Below are positions 9,786-19,108 of a DNA stretch of 64,000 bases, piece by piece. Position 1 is the first letter of the stretch. The number at the start of each line of letters is the position of its first letter. Source of the stretch: an uncultured delta proteobacterium (GTDB lineage Bacteria; Myxococcota; Kuafuiibacteriia; Kuafuiibacteriales; Kuafuiibacteriaceae). The position numbers and the translations under genes are program-made. The stretch lies in assembly GCA_963803435.1 (NCBI GenBank), contig CAWDML010000004.1:224001-288000 (forward strand). Reading direction: 5' to 3'. Under the pieces are notes generated by a model that was not told where the DNA came from, did not search any database, and saw only the letters and a program-made list of their open reading frames with translations.

Positions 9786-10265
9786 TCAGTTCGCGCCGTC
9801 GGCGATCCAGCGGCGCACCGACTCCACGGTGCAGTCGGAGAGCGCCTCGGAGTCCCTGGGCATGCGATCGCCGATCAATGGCGTCTTCACCGCGACCTTG
9901 AGATACAGGTAGGACGATCCGATCGCCCCCGGCATCACCAGCGGCAGCCCGGACGGCGACTCGGACGCCGGTTGCAGCAAGCGCATCCGGAGCGCGGCCT
10001 CGTCGAGGGTGAGATCCAGATCCTGCGCGGGCGTCGAACCCGCGTGACACTGTCCGCACACGGGCACGAACAGGTCGGCGCGGAGCGAGGTGAGCGCCGG
10101 CGTGATGCAGGTCGGCTTGCTCTCCTCCATCTCCACCGGATCCTGGCGATGATCGTTGGTGGTGGCGGCGGAGGGATCGTCGGCGCGGAGCTCGCCGTCG
10201 ATCGTCCCGGCGGGGCCGCACCCGAGGCACGTGCACACCGCCATGGTCCAAAGGGACACGCGCAC
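9786..10265 (-). CDS. Monoheme c-type cytochrome domain lipoprotein
   Basis: CGQCH heme motif, V.PG....SYLY.KV......G.RMP, VRRWI..GA; LGC lipobox. Confidence 0.75.
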   Translation of the reverse strand: MRVSLWTMAVCTCLGCGPAGTIDGELRADDPSAATTNDHRQDPVEMEESKPTCITPALTSLRADLFVPVCGQCHAGSTPAQDLDLTLDEAALRMRLLQPASESPSGLPLVMPGAIGSSYLYLKVAVKTPLIGDRMPRDSEALSDCTVESVRRWIADGAN

Positions 10266-10306
10266 GGGAACGTTATCGGCCGGCGCTCCGGCCCCGATGC
10301 TCGCAA

Positions 10307-12388
10307 TCAGCCTGGATCATCGCCCGAGGGCGGCTGGGCCGGCGGCGGGGCGTCCGGCCACGAGGTCGGCGGCGGCGGCGGCGCGTGTTCCTCCGCCTCC
10401 TTGCGCTTTTGCTCGGCCTCGGCGGCGCGGCGCGCTTCCTCCTGGGTCGTCCCCTCACTCTGGAGGACGCCGCTCTGCTCTCGAGCCTTCTGCTCCCGGG
10501 CCTGCTGCTGGATCGCCTGCTGGTAGGCCTGCCGCGAGTCCCGGCGCTGCTCGGGCGGTCGACCGACGCGTCTTCCCTGCTGGAGCGGGTCGCCCGCGTT
10601 CATCAGCTGGTTGGAGAGGAGCGGCGAGCCGTTCACCGGATCGGCGGTGAAGGCGTCGAGCTCGTCCTCGAGGGTGCGACCGCCGACGTCGGCCGCCACC
10701 TGGGCGGTGCCCCGGCCGTAGATCCCGCGCAGCGTCCCCACGATGGCGTGTGTCACCAGCGGATCGATGTTGAGCACCCCGTCCGGATCTGGATCGAGGT
10801 AGTTGAACGCGTAGGTGCCGGTCAGATCGAAGGAGAGGCCGGCGGCCTCGAACAGCGGCAGCGTCAGGTTCACGTTGGCGCCGAAGCCCTGGTTGTTGAA
10901 CGCGAGCACCGCCGGATCGTTCGGGTTCGCGGTCGGGAAGAGCTCGCGCCCCACGCCCCGCACGCGGTTGGCGTTGAAGCCCACCGCCACCTGGGGCCGG
11001 AACTCGCCGAAGGAGCCGGTGTACGCGAACACCAGGTTGGCGCTCTCGGTGACGATGGCGGAGATGCCGAGCGCACCAGTGGCGACGGCGCGCTGGCCGA
11101 ACAGCGTGATGTCGACCGGATCGAAGCGCCGCGCGATGGAGAGATCCGCGATGGGCTCCCAGTTGGAGCGGACCGGCTCGAAGTCGTCGAGCGCCGCCTG
11201 CGCGCCCAGCGGCGGCTGGAACAGGTTGGCCTGGGCCGCGCCCGCGCCCAGCGTCACGCGCAGCTCCCAGGGCAGCACGTCGGTGTAGAAGGCGCGGAAG
11301 GTGTAGATGAGCGTGTCCGACGAGATGCCCTGGCCCGCCAGCACGAAGCCCTGCGCGTCCGTCGGCACCCGGAAGTTGAGCGCGCCGATCGCCTGCAGGC
11401 CGAAGGCGCGGTCGTCGTTCATGTTGTACGTGTACTGGAGCGTCAGCTGGTTGAGCAGGGTGGTGGGCGGCGGCGCGGCGGCCCGGAAGATCTGCGTGGT
11501 GGTCCCGGTGACCGTGACGCGATCGTCGATCTGCTCGGCGAGCGTGTAGGTGACGACGGCGTCCACGTCGAGCTGTCCGCGCCGGCCCAGCAACCGCCGG
11601 AAGCGCAAGGCAGGTTGCACCGTGTGGATGGTGGCCGGCACGAACGCGCCCAGGTTGGTGGCGGCCGCGCCCACCTGGTTCTGCGCGCCCAGCGCGCCGC
11701 CGGCCAGCGTGAAGATGCCGTTGCGCGTGTACGAGTAGTTGCCGTCGAGCGTCAGGTCCCACTTGAGGCTGGGCGTGAGCTGCAGCGTGAGGCGGCCGTT
11801 GGCGGTGTGGGTCTGACCGTTGAAGCTGAAGGCGCCCGCCTGCGCGCCGGGCACGTTGTTGCCGGCGGTGCCGAGCTGTCCGCCCTGGAGGCGACCGTCG
11901 GCGCCGCTGCCGAGGAGGCCGTTGAGCGCGAAGCCGTAGCCGAGCCCGAGCGCGAAGCTCCAGGTGGCGCGCTGCAGGATCGCCAGGTAGTTCGCGTTGA
12001 CCTGGAAGGTGGTGGTGCGATCGGCGACCACGCCCTGCTGGACGTTGCCGTCCTCGTCGGTGGGGACCAGCGTCGGGATCAGCTGGGCGGCGCCCAGGCC
12101 TAGCACGAAGGCGTGGTTGAAGGTGCTGGTGGCGATGTCGAGGGTGAGGTTGCCGTTGACCGCGGTGGTGAGCTGCAGCCCGGCGGTCTGGGCGACCGCC
12201 GCCTGGTTCGGATCGACCTGGACCTGCTGGCCCTGCGGATCCTGCAGCTGCGGTGTCACCACCTGGATGTCGCCGAGCGTGGTGCCCGCCGACTGGGAGA
12301 CGCCGAGCTGATAGCCGACCACCGTCTGCTGCGCGTGCGCGAGGCCGGGGACGAGGAGCGCGAGCAGGGGCAGCCAGCCGAGGCGCAC
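10307..12388 (-). CDS. Secreted, probably outer-membrane beta-barrel protein with Gln/Pro-rich C-terminal extension
   Basis: Signal peptide VRLGWLPLLALLVPGLAHA from GTG 12388; alternating beta-strand patterns; ORF extension beyond 12388 is an antisense shadow of dnaE2. Confidence 0.7.
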   Translation of the reverse strand: MRLGWLPLLALLVPGLAHAQQTVVGYQLGVSQSAGTTLGDIQVVTPQLQDPQGQQVQVDPNQAAVAQTAGLQLTTAVNGNLTLDIATSTFNHAFVLGLGAAQLIPTLVPTDEDGNVQQGVVADRTTTFQVNANYLAILQRATWSFALGLGYGFALNGLLGSGADGRLQGGQLGTAGNNVPGAQAGAFSFNGQTHTANGRLTLQLTPSLKWDLTLDGNYSYTRNGIFTLAGGALGAQNQVGAAATNLGAFVPATIHTVQPALRFRRLLGRRGQLDVDAVVTYTLAEQIDDRVTVTGTTTQIFRAAAPPPTTLLNQLTLQYTYNMNDDRAFGLQAIGALNFRVPTDAQGFVLAGQGISSDTLIYTFRAFYTDVLPWELRVTLGAGAAQANLFQPPLGAQAALDDFEPVRSNWEPIADLSIARRFDPVDITLFGQRAVATGALGISAIVTESANLVFAYTGSFGEFRPQVAVGFNANRVRGVGRELFPTANPNDPAVLAFNNQGFGANVNLTLPLFEAAGLSFDLTGTYAFNYLDPDPDGVLNIDPLVTHAIVGTLRGIYGRGTAQVAADVGGRTLEDELDAFTADPVNGSPLLSNQLMNAGDPLQQGRRVGRPPEQRRDSRQAYQQAIQQQAREQKAREQSGVLQSEGTTQEEARRAAEAEQKRKEAEEHAPPPPPTSWPDAPPPAQPPSGDDPG

Positions 12389-12437
12389 GGCGTACCCATA
12401 CAATAGGTCGGCCCAATGATCCCGCCGACCTGAATGA

Positions 12438-12468
12438 CTGCTCTTGCGTTCAGTGAACGGATGGGTAG
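12438..12468. promoter_or_regulatory. Two abutting putative LexA boxes upstream of dnaE2
   Basis: CTGCTCTTGCGTTCAG (+, 12438-12453) and CTACCCATCCGTTCAC (-, 12453-12468) each match 14/16 of CTRHAMRYBYGTTCAG. Confidence 0.6.
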
Positions 12469-12481
12469 AGATCGACGGTCG

Positions 12482-15400
12482 ATGTCGCCGGAACCCTACG
12501 TCGAGCTCCGCTGCCTCACCTGCTTTTCCTTCCTCCGCGGGGCCTCGCACCCCGAGGAGCTGGTGGAGCGCGCCGCCCAGCTCGGCTACCGCCGGCTCGC
12601 GGTCACCGACCACGACGGCCTCTACGGGATCGTCCGCGCCCACGACGCGGCCAAGCAGCACGGGCTCGAGGTCATCGTCGGCAGCGAGATCCACCTGGGC
12701 GGCGCCGGGCCCGCGCCCCAGGACTACCGGCCCGGGCTGATCCTCCTCGCCACCGACCGCAAGGCCTACGGGCGGCTCTGCCGGCTGCTCACCACCGGCC
12801 GCCGCCGCGTCGGCAAGGGCGGCTTCCAGCTCACCTTCGAGGACGTGGCCGAGCACGCGGAGGGCCTGCTCGCGATCCACGTGGGCCCGCAGGATGCGCT
12901 CTCGCTGGGCCGCGAGAAGGACGTGTTCGGCGATCGGCTCTCGCTGTCGATCGAGCGGAACCTCACCCCCTTCGATCGCACCCGGACCGACGCCGCGCTC
13001 TCCGCCTCCGCGCGCTTCGGGATCCCGCTGGTGGTGACCGGCGGCGTGCTGATGCACGACCGGGCGAGGAAGCCGCTCCAGGACGTGCTCACCTGCATCC
13101 GCCTGGGAATGCGACTCGATCAGGCCGGCCGCCGTCTGCTCCCCAACACCAACGCGTACCTCAAGTCGATGCGGGAGATGGCGGGGCTGTTCCCGGATCT
13201 TCCGGAGGCGCGCCGCCTCACCGTCGAGCTCGCGGACCGCTGCACCTTCCGGCTCGACGAGCTCCACCACGACTTCACCATCGAGCTGCTCCCCGAGGGC
13301 GAGAGCGGCATGAGCTACCTCCGCAAGCTGGTGGAGAAGGGCGCGCAGGAACGCTATCCCGAGGGCGTACCGCCCGAGGTGGCGCAGCAGATCGCCCACG
13401 AGCTGGAGCTGATCGATCAGCTCGAGTTCGCCGGCTACTTCCTCACCGTCTGGGACATCGTGCGCTTCGCCCGCTCCCGCAACATCCTCTGCCAGGGGCG
13501 GGGATCGGCGGCCAACTCGGTGGTCTGCTTCTGCCTCGGCATCACCTCCATCGATCCGGTGCGGATGAGCCTGCTCTTCGAGCGCTTCATCTCCGCCGAG
13601 CGCGGCGAGCCGCCGGACATCGACGTCGACTTCGAGCACGAGCGCCGCGAGGAGGTGATGCAGTACGTCTATCAGAAGTACGGGCGCGAGCACGCGGCCA
13701 TGGTGGCGAACCTGATCTGCTACCGCGGCCGCCTCTCCTACCGTGAGGTGGGGAAGGTGTTCGGCCTCGGCGAGGATCAGCTCGATCAGCTGACGCGCTC
13801 GCGCAGCCACTGGAGCTCGCCACCGATGAACGCGCGCGAGCTGGGCTCGGCGGGCCTCGATCCCTCCGATCCGATCGTGCGCCAGGTGGTCGAGTGGGCG
13901 GAGACGCTCCAAGGCTTTCCGCGCCACCTCGGGATCCACTCGGGCGGCTTCGTGATCACCAAGGAGCCGATCGTGGAGATGGCGCCGGTGGAGAACGCCA
14001 CCATGGAGCTCCGCACCGTGGTCGCCTGGGACAAGCGCGACATCGAGCGGCTGGGCCTGGTGAAGGTGGATCTGCTGGCCCTGGGCATGCTGACCGCGGT
14101 GCGCCGCGCCTTCGATCTGGTGAGACAGACCGAGGACCTCCAGCTCACGCTGGCCAACATCCCCTCCGAGGATCAGCCCATCTACGAGATGATCGGCGAT
14201 GCCGACACGGTCGGCACCTTCCAGGTGGAGTCGCGCGCGCAGATGCAGATGCTGCCGCGCCTCAAGCCCCGGACCTTCTACGACCTGGTGGTGGCGGTGG
14301 CGATCGTGCGGCCCGGCCCGATCCAGGGCGACATGGTCCATCCCTACCTGCGGCGCCGCGACGGCCTCGAGCCCGCCGAGTATCCGCACCCGAAGCTCAA
14401 GGAGATCCTCGGCAAGACCTACGGCGTGCCGCTCTTCCAGGAGCAGGTGATGAAGATGGCGGTGGCGGTGGCCGGCTTCACGCCCGGGCAGGCCGACGAG
14501 CTCCGCCGCGCGATCGGCTGGCAGTCCCAGATCCACATCGAGCGGATGCACGGCCGGCTCATCGACGGCATGCGACAGAACGGGCTCACCGAGGAGTACG
14601 CCGAGCGCATCTTCCGCATGATCCAGGGCTTCGGCGGCTACGGCTTCCCGGAGTCCCACGCCGCCTCGTTCGCGCTGATCGGCTACGCCTCCTGCTACCT
14701 CAAGCGCTACCACCCGGCCGCGTTCCTGGCGGCGCTGCTCAACAGCCAGCCGATGGGCTTCTACGCCAACCACACGCTGGTCTCGGACGGACAGCGCCAC
14801 GGCGTCGAGGTCCGGCCGGTCTCCGCCGACGCCAGCGTCTGGAACGCGACGCTCGAGGACGGCCAGGACGAGCGCTGGCAGGAGGAGTGGTGGGCGGGCT
14901 CCCGGCACGAGATCAAGAAGCACACCCCCTGGGCCGATCGGACGTTCGGGCGCCTCCGCTACGGGCGGCCGGTGCAGCCGGCGGTGCGCCTCGGGTTCCG
15001 CGAGATCTCGGGGATGGCGGAGGCGCAGGCGGACGCGATCGTGGAGGCGCGCAAGCAGGGCCTGACCTCGATCGCCGACCTGATCGCGCGGGCCCGCCTG
15101 CCGAAGGACGTGTCGGCGAGGCTGGCGGCGGCGGGCGCGTTCTCGTGCTTCGGGCTGTCGCGGCGCGAGGCGCTCTGGCGGGTGATGGCGCTCGATCGCC
15201 GCTCACCGCTGTTCGCCGGAGTCGAGCTCCCGGACGACGAGCGTGCCGGCGAGCGCCTGCCCCGGATGGACGCGATCGAAGAGATGCGCGCCGACTACCA
15301 GACCACCGGCATGTCGACCGGCACGCACCCGATGAAGCTGGTCCGCGCGATGATGAGAGAGAAGCGCATCTTCGGCTTCGCCGAGATCCAGGTGGCGCCG

Positions 15401-15685
15401 CACGGCAAGCGCGTGCGCGTGGGCGGGATGGTGGTGACGCGCCAGCGGCCGGGCACCGCCTCGGGCGTGGTGTTCATGACGCTCGAGGACGAGGACGGGC
15501 ACGTGAACCTGGTGGTGTTCAGCCACATCTACGAGAAGTACCGGAGCCTCGCGCGCGACGAGGTCATGCTGATCGCGGAGGGGCAGGTCCAGAAGACGGG
15601 GAGGGTGATCAACGTGATCGTGGAGCGGTTCGAGCGGCTCGACGCGCCCGAGCCCGGGGTGGAGGTCGGCCGCAACTTCTTCTAG
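12482..15685 (+). CDS. dnaE2: Error-prone DNA polymerase III alpha, DnaE2/ImuC
   Basis: YVEL.C...FSFLRGASHPEELV, QGRGSAANS.VC, EPPDIDVDFEHERREE, GFPRHLGIHSGG, FPESHAASFA, RQRPGTASGV.F.TLEDE.G and a GRNFF end like the ImuC SRDFH motif. Confidence 0.97.
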   Translation: MSPEPYVELRCLTCFSFLRGASHPEELVERAAQLGYRRLAVTDHDGLYGIVRAHDAAKQHGLEVIVGSEIHLGGAGPAPQDYRPGLILLATDRKAYGRLCRLLTTGRRRVGKGGFQLTFEDVAEHAEGLLAIHVGPQDALSLGREKDVFGDRLSLSIERNLTPFDRTRTDAALSASARFGIPLVVTGGVLMHDRARKPLQDVLTCIRLGMRLDQAGRRLLPNTNAYLKSMREMAGLFPDLPEARRLTVELADRCTFRLDELHHDFTIELLPEGESGMSYLRKLVEKGAQERYPEGVPPEVAQQIAHELELIDQLEFAGYFLTVWDIVRFARSRNILCQGRGSAANSVVCFCLGITSIDPVRMSLLFERFISAERGEPPDIDVDFEHERREEVMQYVYQKYGREHAAMVANLICYRGRLSYREVGKVFGLGEDQLDQLTRSRSHWSSPPMNARELGSAGLDPSDPIVRQVVEWAETLQGFPRHLGIHSGGFVITKEPIVEMAPVENATMELRTVVAWDKRDIERLGLVKVDLLALGMLTAVRRAFDLVRQTEDLQLTLANIPSEDQPIYEMIGDADTVGTFQVESRAQMQMLPRLKPRTFYDLVVAVAIVRPGPIQGDMVHPYLRRRDGLEPAEYPHPKLKEILGKTYGVPLFQEQVMKMAVAVAGFTPGQADELRRAIGWQSQIHIERMHGRLIDGMRQNGLTEEYAERIFRMIQGFGGYGFPESHAASFALIGYASCYLKRYHPAAFLAALLNSQPMGFYANHTLVSDGQRHGVEVRPVSADASVWNATLEDGQDERWQEEWWAGSRHEIKKHTPWADRTFGRLRYGRPVQPAVRLGFREISGMAEAQADAIVEARKQGLTSIADLIARARLPKDVSARLAAAGAFSCFGLSRREALWRVMALDRRSPLFAGVELPDDERAGERLPRMDAIEEMRADYQTTGMSTGTHPMKLVRAMMREKRIFGFAEIQVAPHGKRVRVGGMVVTRQRPGTASGVVFMTLEDEDGHVNLVVFSHIYEKYRSLARDEVMLIAEGQVQKTGRVINVIVERFERLDAPEPGVEVGRNFF

Positions 15686-15776
15686 GCCACGGCACCCGCG
15701 TGTGCCGGAGGCGGCGGAGGTACGAAGTGAGCTCCGTAGCGCCCACGGGCTGCCCGTGTGACCATCGATTCTCGCG

Positions 15777-17222
15777 GTGCACGCGACCTGCCTGGCATCC
15801 CTGCTGTTCTCGTTGCTCGCGCTCTGCGCGATGGCGCGAAGCGTCGAGGGCGCGGAGGTCGGGGTCTCACATGACGGGTTGCCCGGGATCGCGTCCATCC
15901 ACCTACCGGAGCCGATGCGAGGTACCTTCGCGATCTCGCTCGCCGGTGGATACGGCTTCACCGAGTCGGTGCTGGACGAGGGCGATCGACACCACCGGAT
16001 CCTCGGCTCGCTCTCCGCCTCGCTGCAGCCGCTCGATTGGCTCGCGTTCTTTCTTCGGTTCGACTCCCGCTATGACGCCCATCAGCACGTCGAAAATGGC
16101 ACCGACACCAGCTTCGTCACCGAGCCGACAATCGGCACCGCCGCCATGCTGGCACTTGCGCCCAGCCTCGGGCTGGGAATCGGGATCGACCTGGCCTTCA
16201 CCCATCGGGGGCCCGGCTTCGATCCGCTCCCCAACGCGGTGTCGCCGTCCTTCCTTGCCGAGGTGAGCTACCGCCCGGTGGAGCCGCTCGCCCTCGCCTT
16301 CAACGGTGGGTACCGGCTCGAGAAGAGCGGCGGAGCGCTCGAAGATCCTGATCGATTGAGCCGCGCCGACCGACTGGCCCTCGGCATCAGCGCGTTCGAT
16401 CGCGTGGTGCTGGCGGCGGGCGCCGACTGGCAGCTCGACCCGTACGAGCTCCTGGGCGAGCTGGGCTGGCAACCGTTGGTGGGACCAGGTGCACCCCGCG
16501 CAGCGGAGTGGCCGCTCGATGCTTCGATCGGCGCGCGCTACCGACCGGCCGAGTCCTGGATCCAGCTCGAGCTCCTGGTCACGATCGCGCTCTCTGCCCG
16601 TCCCGAGGTCGCGGTGGGTCAACCGTTGATCCCGATCGAACCGCGCGTCACGATGCTGGCGAGCATCGCGCTGGTACCCTTTGGGGCGAGCGACGTTCCG
16701 CCCCCGCCCTCGGATCCAATCCCTGTCGAGACCCCGGCACGGCTCCGCGGCCGGGTGCTCTCCCAGCGAGAGCCAGTCCCAGGAGCTGCGATCGCCGTGA
16801 TCCGGGGCGGGGAGGCCGTGGCCACCGCCTCGACTGCGGACGACGGAACCTTCGCGCTCGGTCCGCTGCCACCCGGGCCTGCCCGGGTCACCGTCGCTCA
16901 TCCTGGCCACGCCGATTGGAGCGTCGACCTGAGCCTGGCCGACGGTGAGCGACGAGCGCTAGCGGTCGAACTGGTCACCCTTCTCCCCGACGGCGAGCTG
17001 CGCGGCACCGTGCTCTCGTACGGGGGGCGCGGCATCCGCACGCGTCTCGTGATCGAACCGAGCCATCTGGAGGTCGATACGGATGAGGCCGGGCGCTTCG
17101 CCATCGAGATCCAGCCGGGAACGTACCAGGTCGTCATCGACGCGCCGGGCTTCAAGGGGCAGCGGCGCCAGGTCGAGATCCAACCGAAGGGTGTCACGTA
17201 CCTGAACGTGGATCTGCAATGA
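15777..17222 (+). CDS. Secreted beta-barrel-like protein with two C-terminal carboxypeptidase-regulatory-like domains
   Basis: Signal peptide, beta-strand-rich N-half, Pro linker, then two LRG.V...T...G.F...PG.Y.V....PG domains. Confidence 0.7.
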   Translation: MHATCLASLLFSLLALCAMARSVEGAEVGVSHDGLPGIASIHLPEPMRGTFAISLAGGYGFTESVLDEGDRHHRILGSLSASLQPLDWLAFFLRFDSRYDAHQHVENGTDTSFVTEPTIGTAAMLALAPSLGLGIGIDLAFTHRGPGFDPLPNAVSPSFLAEVSYRPVEPLALAFNGGYRLEKSGGALEDPDRLSRADRLALGISAFDRVVLAAGADWQLDPYELLGELGWQPLVGPGAPRAAEWPLDASIGARYRPAESWIQLELLVTIALSARPEVAVGQPLIPIEPRVTMLASIALVPFGASDVPPPPSDPIPVETPARLRGRVLSQREPVPGAAIAVIRGGEAVATASTADDGTFALGPLPPGPARVTVAHPGHADWSVDLSLADGERRALAVELVTLLPDGELRGTVLSYGGRGIRTRLVIEPSHLEVDTDEAGRFAIEIQPGTYQVVIDAPGFKGQRRQVEIQPKGVTYLNVDLQ

Positions 17223-19108
17223 GGGGCGCGGCCTATGGCAGACTCCTCCTGCTCCTCCCGCTGATCGTCGGGTGCGAAGGGGGCTGCAGGGATCCCGAGG
17301 TGATCGCTCGGCTCGCCAAGAAGCAAGGCGACGTACAGCGGGACGAAGGACGCGCCTTGGGACGGTGGACTCCCGCCGCGCCGGGCGATCGGTTCGTGCT
17401 CGGCGACGCGCTCGTGACGGCAGACGACGCGCGCGCCCTGGTCGAGTTCACCGCCGGCGGTAACCTCCGGGTTCGAGAGCGGACGCTCGTGCGATTTCTC
17501 GAACGACGCGATGAGGCGCCCGGCATCGCGGTCGAGCTGGCGGACGCGATCCCAGAGTCGCGAGGAGGGATACGATTCGGTCGCGCGCTGATCGATCCGG
17601 AATCCTCGGTCGACATCGAACGCGTGGGACCCGCCCTCGAGATCCGCGTCTCCTACGGGCGTGTGGTGTTCGAGAGGGGGAACGGACCGGCGCGCGTTGT
17701 GCCCACTGGTGGCCCGCCGTTGCGGGTCGGCTCATCCTCCGTCGCCCTGTCGCGCGCACCGCCTCCGTCGCCCCCGCCGATCCCCATGGTCACAGCGCGG
17801 CTGGTGGCGAAGGGTAAGGTCCGTATCCGGGCCCGCGGGGCGCGCCGCTATCGCCACCTCGCGGCCGGGACGTCGACCAGCGGCGAGGGGCTGCGGGTCG
17901 AGATTCATTGCGGGCACGCGGAGATCGATCGCGGGTCGACTCGCTACCTCGCCGGCAAAGGACGGCTGGTGCTCGGCGGGACCAGCGGCGTCCTGGCGCA
18001 GGTCGGCGCCGGGCGCGGGGAGCTCGATGGTCAAGAAGCGGACGCCGAGATCGGAGTCCCTGGGGGTCGGGTGGAGGCGCACGCCGTGGATGGTGTGGCC
18101 CGCGTCGAGGTTGGTCCGCGCAGCACCTCGGTGGAGTCCGTCGGCGGAGGGCGCGTTCGCGTGCACGGGCGAGACGCCACCACCGAGGAATCTCCGTTAC
18201 GGGGAGTCGCTTCGACTGACGAGATCCGGCGTCATCGTTCCGGAGATCGAGCTGCCCGAGCGGGCCAACTTCTCGCTCGCAGCTGGTGAGTCTCCGATCA
18301 TCCACGACCCGCGACCACCGACCGCGATCGAGATCGACTTCGCAGGCAAGTGTCCGGAGGGTGGCGTGGTCGATCTGGCCTCCAACGGCCGGAGTCTGGG
18401 GCGGGCGAGGATCCATGCGCGCGGCAAGATCTCGGCGATCATCGCAGCGACGGCCGGCTTCCATCGCTACCGGGTCCGCTGTCTCGCCGAGGGCCGCCCG
18501 ACACGGACGCTCCTGAGCGGCACCCTCAGCGTGCGGAGTGACAGCGGCGCCCGACCGCTTCCCAAGGGCACCCCCGAGAATCTGGTGAGCGCCGATGGGC
18601 GCACTTACACCGTCCTCTATCAGAACCGGCTCCCTCGACTCGCGTTCGCCTGGATGGATGCTCCGCCCGCAGCGGGCTATCAGCTGTTCATCGCGAACGG
18701 CTCGCTCGAGAGGAGGATCAGAGCAAGGAGCCGCGGGTGACCATCGCGCCCGGGGAGCTCGGAGAGGGCGGCTATCGCTTCTGGTTTCGCGCCGCAGGAG
18801 ACCGAGCGATGACCTCGCCTGAGACCTACCTGATGATCGACTTCGACAACGCCGCCTCCCACGCCGTGATCTACGGCCCCGCCCCGGTGTTTGGAACCAC
18901 GAATGGGCGGGTTCGGGTTCGGGGCGCGGTCGTCGAGGGCGCACGCGTATCGATCGGAGGCCAGGCGTCCCAGCTCGACCGCCACGGTCGGTTCGATCTC
19001 GAGGTGGCCGTCCCACCGAACCATGACGGTCTCGCGATCCGGATCGAAGATCGCCAGGGTCGGATCCACTACTACGTGCGGAGAGCGCGCCCGGGAGAGG
19101 ACGGATGA
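17219..19108 (+). CDS. FecR-domain lipoprotein with C-terminal Ig-like domains (frameshifts near 18190 and 18725)
   Basis: IVGC lipobox; GD.FVLGDALVT..DARA.VEF..G..LRV.E.T.VRF FecR-like motif; three consecutive ORF pieces; ATGA overlaps with both neighbours. Confidence 0.65.

Noticed and set aside
12389-14923. N-terminal 845 codons of the 1538-aa minus-strand ORF
   Set aside because: Antisense shadow of dnaE2 caused by high GC3; the real gene starts at the signal peptide at 12388.
14857-14977. Trp-rich ~40-aa insertion in DnaE2 as an intein
   Set aside because: Too short, lacks the Cys/Ser start and His-Asn end, and falls in a loop that varies among DnaE2 proteins.
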